Positions 46,425-56,353 of a stretch of DNA of 64,000 bases are shown here, piece by piece. The notes beneath the pieces are model-generated. The model was not told the DNA's origin and did not search any database. It was given only the letters and a program-made list of their open reading frames with translations. The stretch spans positions 1 through 64,000 of the forward strand of contig JBGSVZ010000068.1 of assembly GCA_041752695.1 (NCBI GenBank). Reading direction: 5' to 3'. A program made the position numbers and the translations under genes. Position 1 is the stretch's first letter. Each line of letters opens with the position of its first letter. The stretch comes from Terrimicrobiaceae bacterium. GTDB lineage: Bacteria; Verrucomicrobiota; Verrucomicrobiia; Chthoniobacterales; Terrimicrobiaceae.

Positions 46425-48411
46425 GGCGGTTAAGGACGGACGGCCAGCGGCCGAGCATGTACACGAGGATGTTGCTGCCAAGGCTGTAGGAACTCATCAC
46501 GGAGTCGTCGCTCAGCCCGCGGAAAAATTCGTCGCGATACTCCCACATGCGGTTCACCCACCGTCCGCGTCCGATCTCGCCGCCCATTTGGAACCGATTG
46601 TTTACCATGGTCAGGTCGTAACGGAGAAAGTTTCCGTAGGCATTTTTGGTCAGCACGACGGAGATGACCCCGGGGGTAATCTCAATGATCTGAACCGGAG
46701 CCTGGTAATACTGCATTCCCGTGGGAAGCTCCGGCAGGTCGAAGTAGGCGTCGTCCCCCCGCACAAAGAGCGTGTTATTGCGCGGTAATGCCTTGAAGGG
46801 TTTGTCCTCATCGGGGATGACCCGTTTGATTTCCCGGCGAAAAGCCACGTCGAACTTCGACCGGTTTCCCGCAAATCCGCAGTCGCCCCAGATGGCACCC
46901 CCGCGGCGGACATATTCATTGAGGGTTTCGACTTCTGCGTCGTTCAGGATGAAATCATCGTTGCCGGTGAAATACACGAAAGGTGGCATTGGTTTCACAT
47001 CCAGCAGGAACTCGATTAAAAAGTCATCCTGCTGTTTGTCTGCGGGCTTAGGGTTCCAGAGATAGCCATGAGTGTCACCAAACCGGTCACCGGGCGGCAG
47101 GGCCTTGCGCAGGGTTTCGCGGAGATTCTCGCGGGTCTCGGGATTCCAGGTCAGTTGGTTTGTGCCCTTATCGTAGGAATAGGGGACGAGTTTCCGGTCG
47201 AGCACGACCGCCTTTGGTTTTGCTCCCCCCTTGATATCATTATTGGAGGCCACGCGAATGAAACGCAGGAGGTTCGACATCGCTCCCGGGGTAAACTCCA
47301 CACAGCCCCCCCGGTTGTCATCAATTTCGCCTTCACGGTTCGGGCGTGGCATGAATCCGTAGCACCAAGGATAGGTGATGAACGGCCCGATCCCCGGCAT
47401 GGGGGTGGTCTTATACCAGCTGATGTTGGCCGCGTCCGGAAGGCCCGCTGGCGAAATCTCCGTCTGTCTGGCCTGGGGAGCCGCCCGCCAGTCCAGAGCG
47501 GCATACCAGTCGCCGGAATGAATGACAAAGTAGCAGAAAAACTCGTTCACGGTTTTCAGGGTTTTGCCACGGCCCGAGATGCCGATGCCGCCGCTTCCGA
47601 TCCAGTCCCCTAGTCCTTTGCCGAGTCCCGACCCCTGTCCGAAGCCTTTTCCCAAACCGCGGCCCGGGCCCCCGGCCCCTCGAACGGCGTTTGGCAGTGA
47701 GGAGGCCGATGGCGCAGTCGATGGCAGACCCACACTGATTTGAAATGACGGCGCGGCGGACAGTGTCGTGATCGTTTGCACCAACGAGCTCATGTCCAGC
47801 GCGGGGACGGCGGGTTGAGCCAGGGGATTGAACTCGGGAACCCCACTGGCCATCGCGCTCTCCTCCCCGCGATTCCCGGGTTTGTTCGCTTTATCCGGTA
47901 CCAAAAACCCGTTTTCGTCCGTCGAAAAATCCCCCGGAGCGGCTTCCGTCGGAAAAAGAATCGCCCGCCCAATCAACAACGCCAAGCCGACGTGAATCAC
48001 CAGGGAAACCGCCAGCGGCCGTCCGGTGGGAAGCCTCTGTCCCGCGGCGAGAATGGTCGCAAAGATGCGCCCCATCAGCGATACATCCGAAGACCGGAAG
48101 ACCGCACGAACAGCTCCAAACTCCAACACGTCGCCATCCCGTAGGCTGACCTCCCCTACAGGTATACCGTTTACCCTTGTTCCATTGGAGGAATTGGTAT
48201 CGATGAGCCGGAACTCGCCGTTCAAGATATCCAGTCGGGCATGGTGGCCCGACACGGAAGGGTGGCTGATTTCAATCGCATTCCCAGGCTCGCGCCCAAT
48301 GGTGATGGCCGATGCCACCAGGGGAAAATTTTTCGGTCGCACTCCAGGCACGCGGATGATGAGTCTCGCGCCCGGACGGCGGGGCACAGGGTCAGGTGTT
48401 CCGGAGATCAT
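46411..48411 (-). CDS. FHA domain - TM helix - Gly-rich linker - DUF4159-like domain protein
   Basis: FHA: TIGREPGN...SVSGHHA...SSNGTRVNG. TM: AVSLVIHVGLALLI. DUF4159-like: HSGDWY...PFVYFTG...EVETLNEYVRRGGAIWGD...LGSNILVY. Confidence 0.85.
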   Translation of the reverse strand: MISGTPDPVPRRPGARLIIRVPGVRPKNFPLVASAITIGREPGNAIEISHPSVSGHHARLDILNGEFRLIDTNSSNGTRVNGIPVGEVSLRDGDVLEFGAVRAVFRSSDVSLMGRIFATILAAGQRLPTGRPLAVSLVIHVGLALLIGRAILFPTEAAPGDFSTDENGFLVPDKANKPGNRGEESAMASGVPEFNPLAQPAVPALDMSSLVQTITTLSAAPSFQISVGLPSTAPSASSLPNAVRGAGGPGRGLGKGFGQGSGLGKGLGDWIGSGGIGISGRGKTLKTVNEFFCYFVIHSGDWYAALDWRAAPQARQTEISPAGLPDAANISWYKTTPMPGIGPFITYPWCYGFMPRPNREGEIDDNRGGCVEFTPGAMSNLLRFIRVASNNDIKGGAKPKAVVLDRKLVPYSYDKGTNQLTWNPETRENLRETLRKALPPGDRFGDTHGYLWNPKPADKQQDDFLIEFLLDVKPMPPFVYFTGNDDFILNDAEVETLNEYVRRGGAIWGDCGFAGNRSKFDVAFRREIKRVIPDEDKPFKALPRNNTLFVRGDDAYFDLPELPTGMQYYQAPVQIIEITPGVISVVLTKNAYGNFLRYDLTMVNNRFQMGGEIGRGRWVNRMWEYRDEFFRGLSDDSVMSSYSLGSNILVYMLGRWPSVLNRLENR

Positions 48412-48504
48412 GAAAAATCGTCTGTGAGACTAAGCGAAGAATTCGCCGGGAGTCTTTCGGTCGGAACTAAGATTCACCGGAAGAACGACGCGGAACTGGG
48501 GAGG

Positions 48505-49575
48505 TCATGCCATGGTTTCCAGCATGGAACTGGAAACAGTGTAGCGCTGCGGATCGTTGTTTTCGGCGGCGATAAAGTCGTCGATGCAATAATCTGCCAT
48601 CCGGACAATCTCATCACCGATCGAGCCGGCTATATGGGAGGTCAGGTGAACATTGGAGAGTGTATAGAGGGGGGAGCCGTCCGGGGGAGGCTCCGGGAAA
48701 GTCACGTCCAGCAGGGCCGTGATGTCCGGACGGCTCTGCAAAACGGAGATCATCCCCGGCTCATCGACCGTGGCACCCCTTCCAGTATTGATGAAGGTGG
48801 CATCGGTTCGCATTTTGGAAAAATGGGCTCCCTGAAGCATGCACTGCGTTTCGGGACGGTTCGCCAGGTGGTTGCTGACTACGTATCCGCGCTGAAAAGC
48901 CTCCTCGAGGGAAACTTTTTCGACCCCTAGTTCCCCGGCGTTCCGATCGCTCAGGAACGGATCAAAGACGATCACAGAAAGCTGGAAAGCCCGAAGCAGT
49001 TGGATCACCCGACCGCCTATCGCGCCGGCGCCGAGGATGGCGATGCACTCACCAAAATTTCCCCTTCCCCGGAAGCCCTTGTAACAGGCCGAGGAGGTTG
49101 TGTACTCCGTGCTGTTGCGGAAGTAACCCTTGGTGGCCAGGAGAATTTGCCCGAGAGTAAACTCCGCGACGGGCACTGCGTTCGCCTGCCAGGCGCTGAC
49201 GACCGTAATGTTCCGCTCAAGCAACGGCCTTGCAAAGTGGTGAACGGAGCCCCCGGCATAATAGACCGCCCGTAGGGAAGGAAGTTTGTCCAAACGTTCG
49301 GGAGTCATCCTCGGAATACTCCAGGTGGTGAAGACCACTTCTATATCCTCCAGATGCGGGGCTTGCTCTTCAAAGTCTTCGTGGCTTACAACGCGGGGAT
49401 ACAAGGAAACAAGCTCGGACAGTCTTTCCCGGCGACCTTTGCCATACACCTCGCTAATGGATTGCTCGTTGCCAAAGAATGCCGCGCGTTTCCGAATACT
49501 GTGCCGGGGTTGTTTCGCCAGGGACCGCAAGACGTTGGTGTGGTGACCATTCGGTTGATTGATTAGGATACTCAT
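48505..49575 (-). CDS. D-isomer-specific 2-hydroxyacid dehydrogenase
   Basis: ANAVPVAE, GAGAIG, FINTGRG, LDVTFPEP and LTSHIAG. The start is uncertain. Confidence 0.92.
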   Translation of the reverse strand: MSILINQPNGHHTNVLRSLAKQPRHSIRKRAAFFGNEQSISEVYGKGRRERLSELVSLYPRVVSHEDFEEQAPHLEDIEVVFTTWSIPRMTPERLDKLPSLRAVYYAGGSVHHFARPLLERNITVVSAWQANAVPVAEFTLGQILLATKGYFRNSTEYTTSSACYKGFRGRGNFGECIAILGAGAIGGRVIQLLRAFQLSVIVFDPFLSDRNAGELGVEKVSLEEAFQRGYVVSNHLANRPETQCMLQGAHFSKMRTDATFINTGRGATVDEPGMISVLQSRPDITALLDVTFPEPPPDGSPLYTLSNVHLTSHIAGSIGDEIVRMADYCIDDFIAAENNDPQRYTVSSSMLETMA

Positions 49576-49864
49576 TTCATTCACGCTGTGCCGTGAGCAA
49601 GAAACCTGCAGGGTGGACTTCAAGGTTGCTCCCGCTCGAGGTCATTGATCGACCACCGTGCCCCTTCAAAATAAATAGAGCGTCAGGTAGGAACTATCCA
49701 CGATTGCGTTTATATTCTCTGCTTTCACGCTCCCTCGCCTCCCAAGCTTCGGGGCGGTTGATGTTTTTGTGAGGCCGCCCATTGTTTCTGTCCCGCCTTA
49801 TTGGGGCGCACGCAGTGGATTGGTGTGACGACCGTTCCATAGCCCATGACTTATTCTTCGATAT

Positions 49865-52084
49865 CTAATCTGGCCGTTCCTGGTCGGCCTTTTTGAACCT
49901 CAGCCACCGTCCGCTGTAGGGAGGAATGTCGATCAATTCGCCAAGGGGCATAGACTCGCCGCTCATCGCATCTGTCAGAGAGCTGTAATTTGGGAATTTC
50001 GTTTTTAGGGCAACGGATTTGCGGGGACCATCATTGATCAGGAAGTAGTGATCCGCCTGAGGGGCAGCCAAGCGGTAGGCCAGGGCGTCCGCGCAGGCAT
50101 AGGGCGATTCATGTTTGCCCAAGGTGTGCCGGAGGATAAGTCTCTCCAAGTCATTGTGGCCGGGTTTCCAACAGGTGAGACCTGCCTGCGCTCCCAGGAT
50201 CACAGCCGAGCCATTCCCGACTGCCGCCTCGGTGATGGCGGGCCTTCCATTGTCATAGCGGGCGACGACCTGCGCCGTGGTCGGGGTGATTTCGGCGGCG
50301 AAACCCTCCAAGACGATTCCCTCCAAAGTGAGCGGAGTATTGATGTTCCGCGCATAAGCAAAATCGTTGAGAATCGCGCCAAAGGTCTGCTCGAAGAGCG
50401 ACCCTTCCACGGTTGGAATCACTCTCCCATACTCGTCCAGGTAGGCCCCGGGCATATCGAGCACCAACCGTCCGCCAAGTTGAACGTAGTCGAGCAACTG
50501 CCTCTGGAGCTCTCCGCTTAGGGAAATAAATGCCGGGAGATAGAGAACTTTGTATCGTGGACCTAGGCCCGCGCGTAGGTCGGCCGGGGTCACGTATTCC
50601 CACGGTACGTTTCCATTGATCAGCGCCCTGGATACCCCGACCCTCGCGCGGACTGGCTCGAATCTGAATTTGTCCCTCCCGGCCTGGCTGATGGCAGCCC
50701 ACATAGCCTCGTTCTCCCAATCCACCAGCACGCCCACCAGTGGTTCCTTGCGCGCTTCCCAAAGCTCCCGCCGCCAACGGCGGGCGGCCTGCCCGATGGC
50801 ACCCGCGCGAATGGCTCGCGGAGTGGGCTGATTGTTGCGGTCGAGCAGGGCAAACTCGCCGGCCTCCCAACCGGCTGTGCGGGCGTTCCAGCACCAGAGT
50901 CCAAACCCGCGGAATCCGCCGGCCAGCCAGCTCAACATAAACTGGGTGATCACCCCTTCATCGACCGTGAATCCGGGGGTCTCGTTTTCCGCACCGTCCA
51001 GTCCCCAGGATTTCCCGCCGGAAAAATACTGTGGCCCGCCCGTCGATTCCCAGGTGGCCGTCCAAATTCCTTTCGCCCAGTCGGTGGTGATCTGGGCTTG
51101 CATAAAAATCGGGCGAGTTACTTCAAATCCGACTTCCTCGAAATGCCAGGCTGGATGAATTGAGGGATAAAACGACCCCCCTTCTGCCATCTCCTTTGCG
51201 ATCCCCTCCATGTCGGTGCCACGCGAAGCGAAGGGAAGGAACAGCCCCATTTCGCCGCCGGCCCGGACGGGTTCCTGCGGGTCTTCGGCCTGCTTTTTCT
51301 CGACCATTGCGCGGATTTCCTGGCGGTTGAAGGTGTCCGCGCGGAATCTCAGCAGGTCCCGCAGGTGTCGGTATTCCCGGTCCGGAAGATCGATGTTGTA
51401 TCCTCGCTGAACATCCGCCCACGTGCTCCAACGCGCGGCAAGATCGGAGATTCCCACGTGATGCACATTCCACGCGGTCTGCAATTCCTCCACCGTCCCA
51501 TATTGCTCTTTTAGCCAGTCGACGAAGCTCGGCACTGCTTCAGGGTGGAGCTCCGTGCCATTGATTTCTCCCGCCACTCCGGGAACCATTTTGGCATCTT
51601 CTCTGGTTGATGCCACGGTCGGGGCCGCCTTTTCCTTTGCCATGCGATCGAGACGACGACGGATCACCCCAGTCTGGTGCTTGATCATCCTCGGGTCCTC
51701 CATCGCCTCATCGATCTTCATCTCCGCCGGAAGACCAAGCTGCTCCAGGAGCGCGGGAGTGATGTCCTCCCAGCCGCCCTCCGCGTACCAAAACGGAATG
51801 ATTCCCTCGTCGAGCGCGAGTCGTAAGATGCTCTCGATACTGCGGTCGGGCAAGGACATGGTCTGCTTCAAGCAGGTGAACCCGAGGTTTTTCATCAGCC
51901 GGAAATGCGCCCTCGCATCGTCGTCTGTCATCCCGGGCCAGGGAAGAAACACACAACCCACCGGCAGAGGAGCCAACTTGCGGAGCTTCCGCTGCATGGG
52001 AGTTTCATGCAGCCGGTCGTAAAGATCGGAGAGAAACTCGTCGGGAGGACTCACATTGAGAAAGAATGCACCGTCGCTGAACAC
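49865..52084 (-). CDS. GH42-like beta-galactosidase
   Basis: FVDWLKEQYGTVEELQTAWN, TWESTGG, WCWNARTAGWEAGEFALLD and a trimerisation-domain-like YKVLYLP...YVQLGGRLV. Confidence 0.85.
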   Translation of the reverse strand: MFSDGAFFLNVSPPDEFLSDLYDRLHETPMQRKLRKLAPLPVGCVFLPWPGMTDDDARAHFRLMKNLGFTCLKQTMSLPDRSIESILRLALDEGIIPFWYAEGGWEDITPALLEQLGLPAEMKIDEAMEDPRMIKHQTGVIRRRLDRMAKEKAAPTVASTREDAKMVPGVAGEINGTELHPEAVPSFVDWLKEQYGTVEELQTAWNVHHVGISDLAARWSTWADVQRGYNIDLPDREYRHLRDLLRFRADTFNRQEIRAMVEKKQAEDPQEPVRAGGEMGLFLPFASRGTDMEGIAKEMAEGGSFYPSIHPAWHFEEVGFEVTRPIFMQAQITTDWAKGIWTATWESTGGPQYFSGGKSWGLDGAENETPGFTVDEGVITQFMLSWLAGGFRGFGLWCWNARTAGWEAGEFALLDRNNQPTPRAIRAGAIGQAARRWRRELWEARKEPLVGVLVDWENEAMWAAISQAGRDKFRFEPVRARVGVSRALINGNVPWEYVTPADLRAGLGPRYKVLYLPAFISLSGELQRQLLDYVQLGGRLVLDMPGAYLDEYGRVIPTVEGSLFEQTFGAILNDFAYARNINTPLTLEGIVLEGFAAEITPTTAQVVARYDNGRPAITEAAVGNGSAVILGAQAGLTCWKPGHNDLERLILRHTLGKHESPYACADALAYRLAAPQADHYFLINDGPRKSVALKTKFPNYSSLTDAMSGESMPLGELIDIPPYSGRWLRFKKADQERPD

Positions 52085-52106
52085 TAGGTGATATTGCGCG
52101 TCGTTT

Positions 52107-53765
52107 TTATCTTCCCAGTCTCAGCTTCCGCTGCGCCTGATAGAGGTTGGGTGGAGTGGGAACCTTTCCTTCGTCCGCGATGATGGTTCCCTTTTCCCCT
52201 TTGGGCATTCCAGGAGCGGCAGCGGTGGAGATCCCGGCCCCGCGGATTCCGACGAGCAGGCCCATCGGCAGGGCTTCGGGCATGTTGACGAATTCGCCGG
52301 GGTCTTTGCGCGGTGAGTTTTTGATATCGATGTTCCAGTGGACCACCCTCGCTCCCAGGAAGGGCCCGGCCTGACCCGCACCGCCCGGACCGTCAGCATC
52401 ATTAGCCAGCGTGATTTCTGTGCGGATGAGATCAAAGGAGAGGCCCCTGTGCGAGTCGAAGACGCCCTTCGTCATCCGCCCCCTGCTGTACACGTTTCCG
52501 CTGGAGAGCCACTCGATGTTAATCCCGTGTTTCACCCGCTGCGGGCCGTCAATGACAAAGTTTTCCACGAGGTTGTCGTGAGAATTGACACGGATGGCGA
52601 TGGAGTGGTGGTTTTGGCTCGGCCCGCTAATGGTCAGATTATCCACGGTGACGTTTTTTGCCGCCGCGAGGATCACGGGATTTTCAGCGTTCACAATTTC
52701 CACATTCCTGACCCAACAGTTAAGCGCGCGATTGGCGCACACTCCATTCCAGCCGACGCACGCCAGGTGCTCGTGGGTGGCCGGTGCCTGCAGAACAAGC
52801 TTCAAGTTTTCGACGCCTACTTCCTCCACGCTGGAGCCAAGCTCCCGGAAAGCGACTTTCCACTCGGGACGGATGTCAACCCGCAAAGGTTGGGCAAGCG
52901 TCACAGTGTTCCCCTGCACAGCTTTGATCTCCACCGGCCACTGCCATTGAGAATATCCCGGAGGCAGGATCCAGGTGGCGCTTTTCCAGTCGTAGGTATC
53001 CATCAAGGGATGGCCGGCAATCGTTTTCAATAAGGAGAAATCGGACGGATTTTCCCAGGTCATGAGCACCGTCGCTCCGGCCTTGAGCCCCGCCGCGGAC
53101 ACGACTTTCACCGTCATATCCCCGCGTTTGGCGTCTCCGTTCACGGTCGCGAGTTCCTTGCCCGGGTGCCAATACTCCCAGCCCTGCACGGGCCCCTCGC
53201 CGTTCACGACCTTACCATTGGAATCAAAGGTGTCGGGTGATCCGATCCAGATCAGTCCTCCGCACCAGGACCACTGCGATTTTCCCTGGTTCTTAAGGGG
53301 GCTGACTGCGGCATCGAGAGGTTGTTGAAAGGCAATCGTCGTCTTGTCCGGGCCTTCGCCCCGCAACACCACTCCGCTGTCTTTAAGGTGCAGCATGCCT
53401 GAAACCTTGTAGGTTCCGGCGGGAACAAGAACCGCGCCCCGCTTCTCTCCAGCCGTTTTGATTGCGGCTTGAAAAGCGGCGGTGTCATCGGCGGAACCAT
53501 CGCCCTTCGCACCAAGCTGTCGGACGTTGGCGACCACGGCCGGTGTGGGTATCGGTGACTCGCCACGGCGATATCCCGCGAACGAATTGTTCGGCATGTT
53601 GGGCTGAATGTTGGGCGCCTTTGCATAGGCCTGCCACAGCGCCTCGCTGGTGAATTGGGCGGGCGCCCAAGAAGTGGCTAGCGCGGTTGCCAAAACAAAT
53701 TCAGGGAGAAAATTTGCGCGGGGTTTCCGCGGAAGATGCCGCGGGCTGGGAGTCGGATTTGCCAT
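52107..53765 (-). CDS. Secreted right-handed beta-helix protein (pectate lyase 3 / GH55-type superfamily)
   Basis: SFAGYRRG, NVRQLGAKGDGSADDTAAFQAAI, VLVPAGTY, SGVVLRGEG and VGVENL. Confidence 0.85.
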   Translation of the reverse strand: MANPTPSPRHLPRKPRANFLPEFVLATALATSWAPAQFTSEALWQAYAKAPNIQPNMPNNSFAGYRRGESPIPTPAVVANVRQLGAKGDGSADDTAAFQAAIKTAGEKRGAVLVPAGTYKVSGMLHLKDSGVVLRGEGPDKTTIAFQQPLDAAVSPLKNQGKSQWSWCGGLIWIGSPDTFDSNGKVVNGEGPVQGWEYWHPGKELATVNGDAKRGDMTVKVVSAAGLKAGATVLMTWENPSDFSLLKTIAGHPLMDTYDWKSATWILPPGYSQWQWPVEIKAVQGNTVTLAQPLRVDIRPEWKVAFRELGSSVEEVGVENLKLVLQAPATHEHLACVGWNGVCANRALNCWVRNVEIVNAENPVILAAAKNVTVDNLTISGPSQNHHSIAIRVNSHDNLVENFVIDGPQRVKHGINIEWLSSGNVYSRGRMTKGVFDSHRGLSFDLIRTEITLANDADGPGGAGQAGPFLGARVVHWNIDIKNSPRKDPGEFVNMPEALPMGLLVGIRGAGISTAAAPGMPKGEKGTIIADEGKVPTPPNLYQAQRKLRLGR

Positions 53766-53938
53766 AGGGGATTGCTGGATTCAAAGTTTGCCTCAGGGCT
53801 GAGCAAGATGTTGCCCAGGAGCGAGGAGGAATGTTTTTCGACGGCAGGATGACGGCTTTGAGCAGACAGAGTAAATCCGCTTTTGCGGGTGTCTTTTCCT
53901 GCATCGCGCATGTCCAAAGTAAATGGGGTGTCACTGCG

Positions 53939-55333
53939 TTAAGTTAGGTGCCCCCGTGCAGGGGCGGGCTCCAAGCATGCTCCGTTGGTACGGATCACCT
54001 CCGCGTACCAGCGTGAAGAATCTTTTGGCGTTCGCTTCCCGGTCGCGTAGTCCACATGCACGAGGCCGAACCGTTCTCGGTATCCGTGGTCCCACTCAAA
54101 GTTGTCGAGGAGCGACCAGTGGAGGTAGCCGAGGACCTCAACGCCGTCGGTGATGGCTTTTTTTAATTCGATCAAATGCCGATGAGTAAAATCGATCCTC
54201 TGCGGATCGTGAACCCCGCCGTCGAGTGATACCCAATCGGTATTTGACATGCCGTTTTCCGTGATCAACACCGGTATTTGATAGCGATCGAAAAAGAAGC
54301 GCGGTCCCCAACGGAGGATGGTCGGAGTGATTGGCCAGCGGAATGCTGTGTGCGGGTGCCCCGGGGGTTCGATGACGCGTTCCACTTGTCCATCCGCTCC
54401 GCGCCGGACCGTCGTCGCGCTGTAAAGATTTAATCCGCAGAAATCCAAGGGCTGCCCGATCGTCTCCATGTCGCCGGACCGGATCTCCGGGACATCGTTC
54501 CCGAACCATTTCAATCCCTCTTCCGGATATTCTCCCCAGAGCATGGGGTCGCTCCACCATGTGTTGTTCCAGAAATGATTCCACGGTCCACTTTGTGGAA
54601 AGGAGAACGTTGCTTCTCGAGCGGCGGCAATGTCGTCGGGAGAATCCGTTTCGGGAATGCTAATCACCCCCACCGGGGCGCAACCGATCCTGCATGGCTG
54701 TTTTGATCGGGCGCGGATCACCTGCACGGCCTTGCCGTGCGCCAGTAAGGCATTGTGTCCGGCGCTCAGCATGGCGGCGTTGCTGAGTTGTAGTCCTGGC
54801 GGTTGTGACCCGGTCGAGTGCCCGAATCCGACAAAACATTGTGGCTCGTTGAGGGTCAGCCAGTCGGTCACCCGGTCGGAAAAGCGGTCGACGACGACCG
54901 CCGCGTAATCGGCGAACCAATCGGAACTGTCGCGGTTGAGCCAGCCGCCTCGGCAGAACAACTCCTGCGGGTAGTCCCAGTGGAACAGGGTGCCAAGTGG
55001 ACGGATGCCGGCTTCCAGTAGTCCGTCCACCAATCGGTCGTAAAATGCGAGTCCCTTGTCATTGGCCGAACCGGTGCCCCGGGGCAATATCCGCGGCCAG
55101 GCAAAGGAAAATCTATAGATCTGGAGACCAATCTCCCTCATTAGTTCCAGATCTTCCGCCCAGCGATGAAAATGATCCGCCGCAACCTCGCCGGTATGTC
55201 CCTGCCATACGGCACCAGGTTTCCGACAGAATATATCGATCACCGAAGCGCCCCGGCCATCTTCTTTCGTCGCCCCTTCAATTTGATACGCTGATGTTGA
55301 GGCTCCCCAAGTAAAGACTTTTGGAAAATGCAT
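53939..55333 (-). CDS. GH1 beta-glucosidase
   Basis: FTWGASTSAYQIEG, YRFSFAWPRI, TLNEP, ITENG and WSLLDNFEW. Confidence 0.97.
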   Translation of the reverse strand: MHFPKVFTWGASTSAYQIEGATKEDGRGASVIDIFCRKPGAVWQGHTGEVAADHFHRWAEDLELMREIGLQIYRFSFAWPRILPRGTGSANDKGLAFYDRLVDGLLEAGIRPLGTLFHWDYPQELFCRGGWLNRDSSDWFADYAAVVVDRFSDRVTDWLTLNEPQCFVGFGHSTGSQPPGLQLSNAAMLSAGHNALLAHGKAVQVIRARSKQPCRIGCAPVGVISIPETDSPDDIAAAREATFSFPQSGPWNHFWNNTWWSDPMLWGEYPEEGLKWFGNDVPEIRSGDMETIGQPLDFCGLNLYSATTVRRGADGQVERVIEPPGHPHTAFRWPITPTILRWGPRFFFDRYQIPVLITENGMSNTDWVSLDGGVHDPQRIDFTHRHLIELKKAITDGVEVLGYLHWSLLDNFEWDHGYRERFGLVHVDYATGKRTPKDSSRWYAEVIRTNGACLEPAPARGHLT

Positions 55334-55348
55334 GAAAATCAAGACGAG

Positions 55349-56353
55349 CTACAGTGGCCCGAACTCTTCCGAGAGATTTTCCGCGAGGGCGCGGTTGGCT
55401 TCCCGGGTGCGTCCGGCGTTGTGCGGGGTGTGAATGACATGCGCGCATTGCAGAAGTGGATCTTCGGCGGGAAGGGGCTCCACATCAAAAACATCCGACG
55501 CCAATGCCAGTTCCCCCGCGATTACCCGGCGACGAAGCGCGGTCATGTCGCAGATCTCGGCTCTCGTCACCATGACGACTAAACTGCCCCGCGGAAGGCG
55601 GTCGATGTGCTCGGCGGTAATCAAACCTCTCGTGGCCGACACCAGTGGCATCATGGGGGCGAAGATTTCGGCATCCGGCAAAAGTTGCTCCAGCGCTTTC
55701 ACGCGCTTCGTTCCGGCCCGATGGAAACAGGGATCCGGAGCCAGGGGATCCCAGGCCGCGACTTCCGCACCCAGCATATTTGCATAACTGGAAAAGCGGC
55801 TGCCGATATTTCCCATGCCGACTACTCTCACCCGTTTGCCGGAGATCGTCCCGTTGACAAATCGCGGGTCGTCGCCGAATTGCTGGCCTCGGCCGCCGGG
55901 TCGGCCTGTCCCATCCGGGGGCGCATAATCCCAGGCTCGAAAATCGGCCCGGCGCACTGCCTCGTGCGTCTGCGGGATACGACGAAGCGCGCAAAGCACT
56001 AGCCCGAGGGCAAACTCGGAAACGGATTGCCCCCAGAAGCCTTGCCCGCGGGCCTCCACGACCGCAACGCCTCTGGCCCGGACATTTTCGATCCAGGCTT
56101 CATCCGCATTGGGCGGGCGACTGACGGTCGTCAAGTCCGGGAAATCTTTCAGTTCATCGGGAGCTACAGGAACTCCCAGCAACGCTAACCGGGCAATTCC
56201 GGACGTGTTGCCTAAACGGCCTCCAAACGGACCGCTCGATCGGATAAATTCGACCCTCCCTTGCTGTGTCCAGATTGCCTGCAAGTCATCGGCCACAAAT
56301 GGCCATTCGGCATCAAAATCAGGGTGGACAAGAATAGCGCTGCGTCGGTTCAT
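55349..56353 (-). CDS. 2-hydroxyacid dehydrogenase family NAD(P)-dependent oxidoreductase
   Basis: GMGNIG, DVFDVEPL and HTPHNAG. ATGA overlap with the upstream gene. Confidence 0.88.
   Translation of the reverse strand: MNRRSAILVHPDFDAEWPFVADDLQAIWTQQGRVEFIRSSGPFGGRLGNTSGIARLALLGVPVAPDELKDFPDLTTVSRPPNADEAWIENVRARGVAVVEARGQGFWGQSVSEFALGLVLCALRRIPQTHEAVRRADFRAWDYAPPDGTGRPGGRGQQFGDDPRFVNGTISGKRVRVVGMGNIGSRFSSYANMLGAEVAAWDPLAPDPCFHRAGTKRVKALEQLLPDAEIFAPMMPLVSATRGLITAEHIDRLPRGSLVVMVTRAEICDMTALRRRVIAGELALASDVFDVEPLPAEDPLLQCAHVIHTPHNAGRTREANRALAENLSEEFGPL

Noticed and set aside
47600..47680. Low-complexity GC-rich repeats
   Set aside because: They simply encode the Gly-rich GLGKG linker.
49751..49780. 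GGGGCGG...CCGCCCC hairpin as a terminator or structured RNA
   Set aside because: Long loop, no clear T tract and no recognisable RNA family features.
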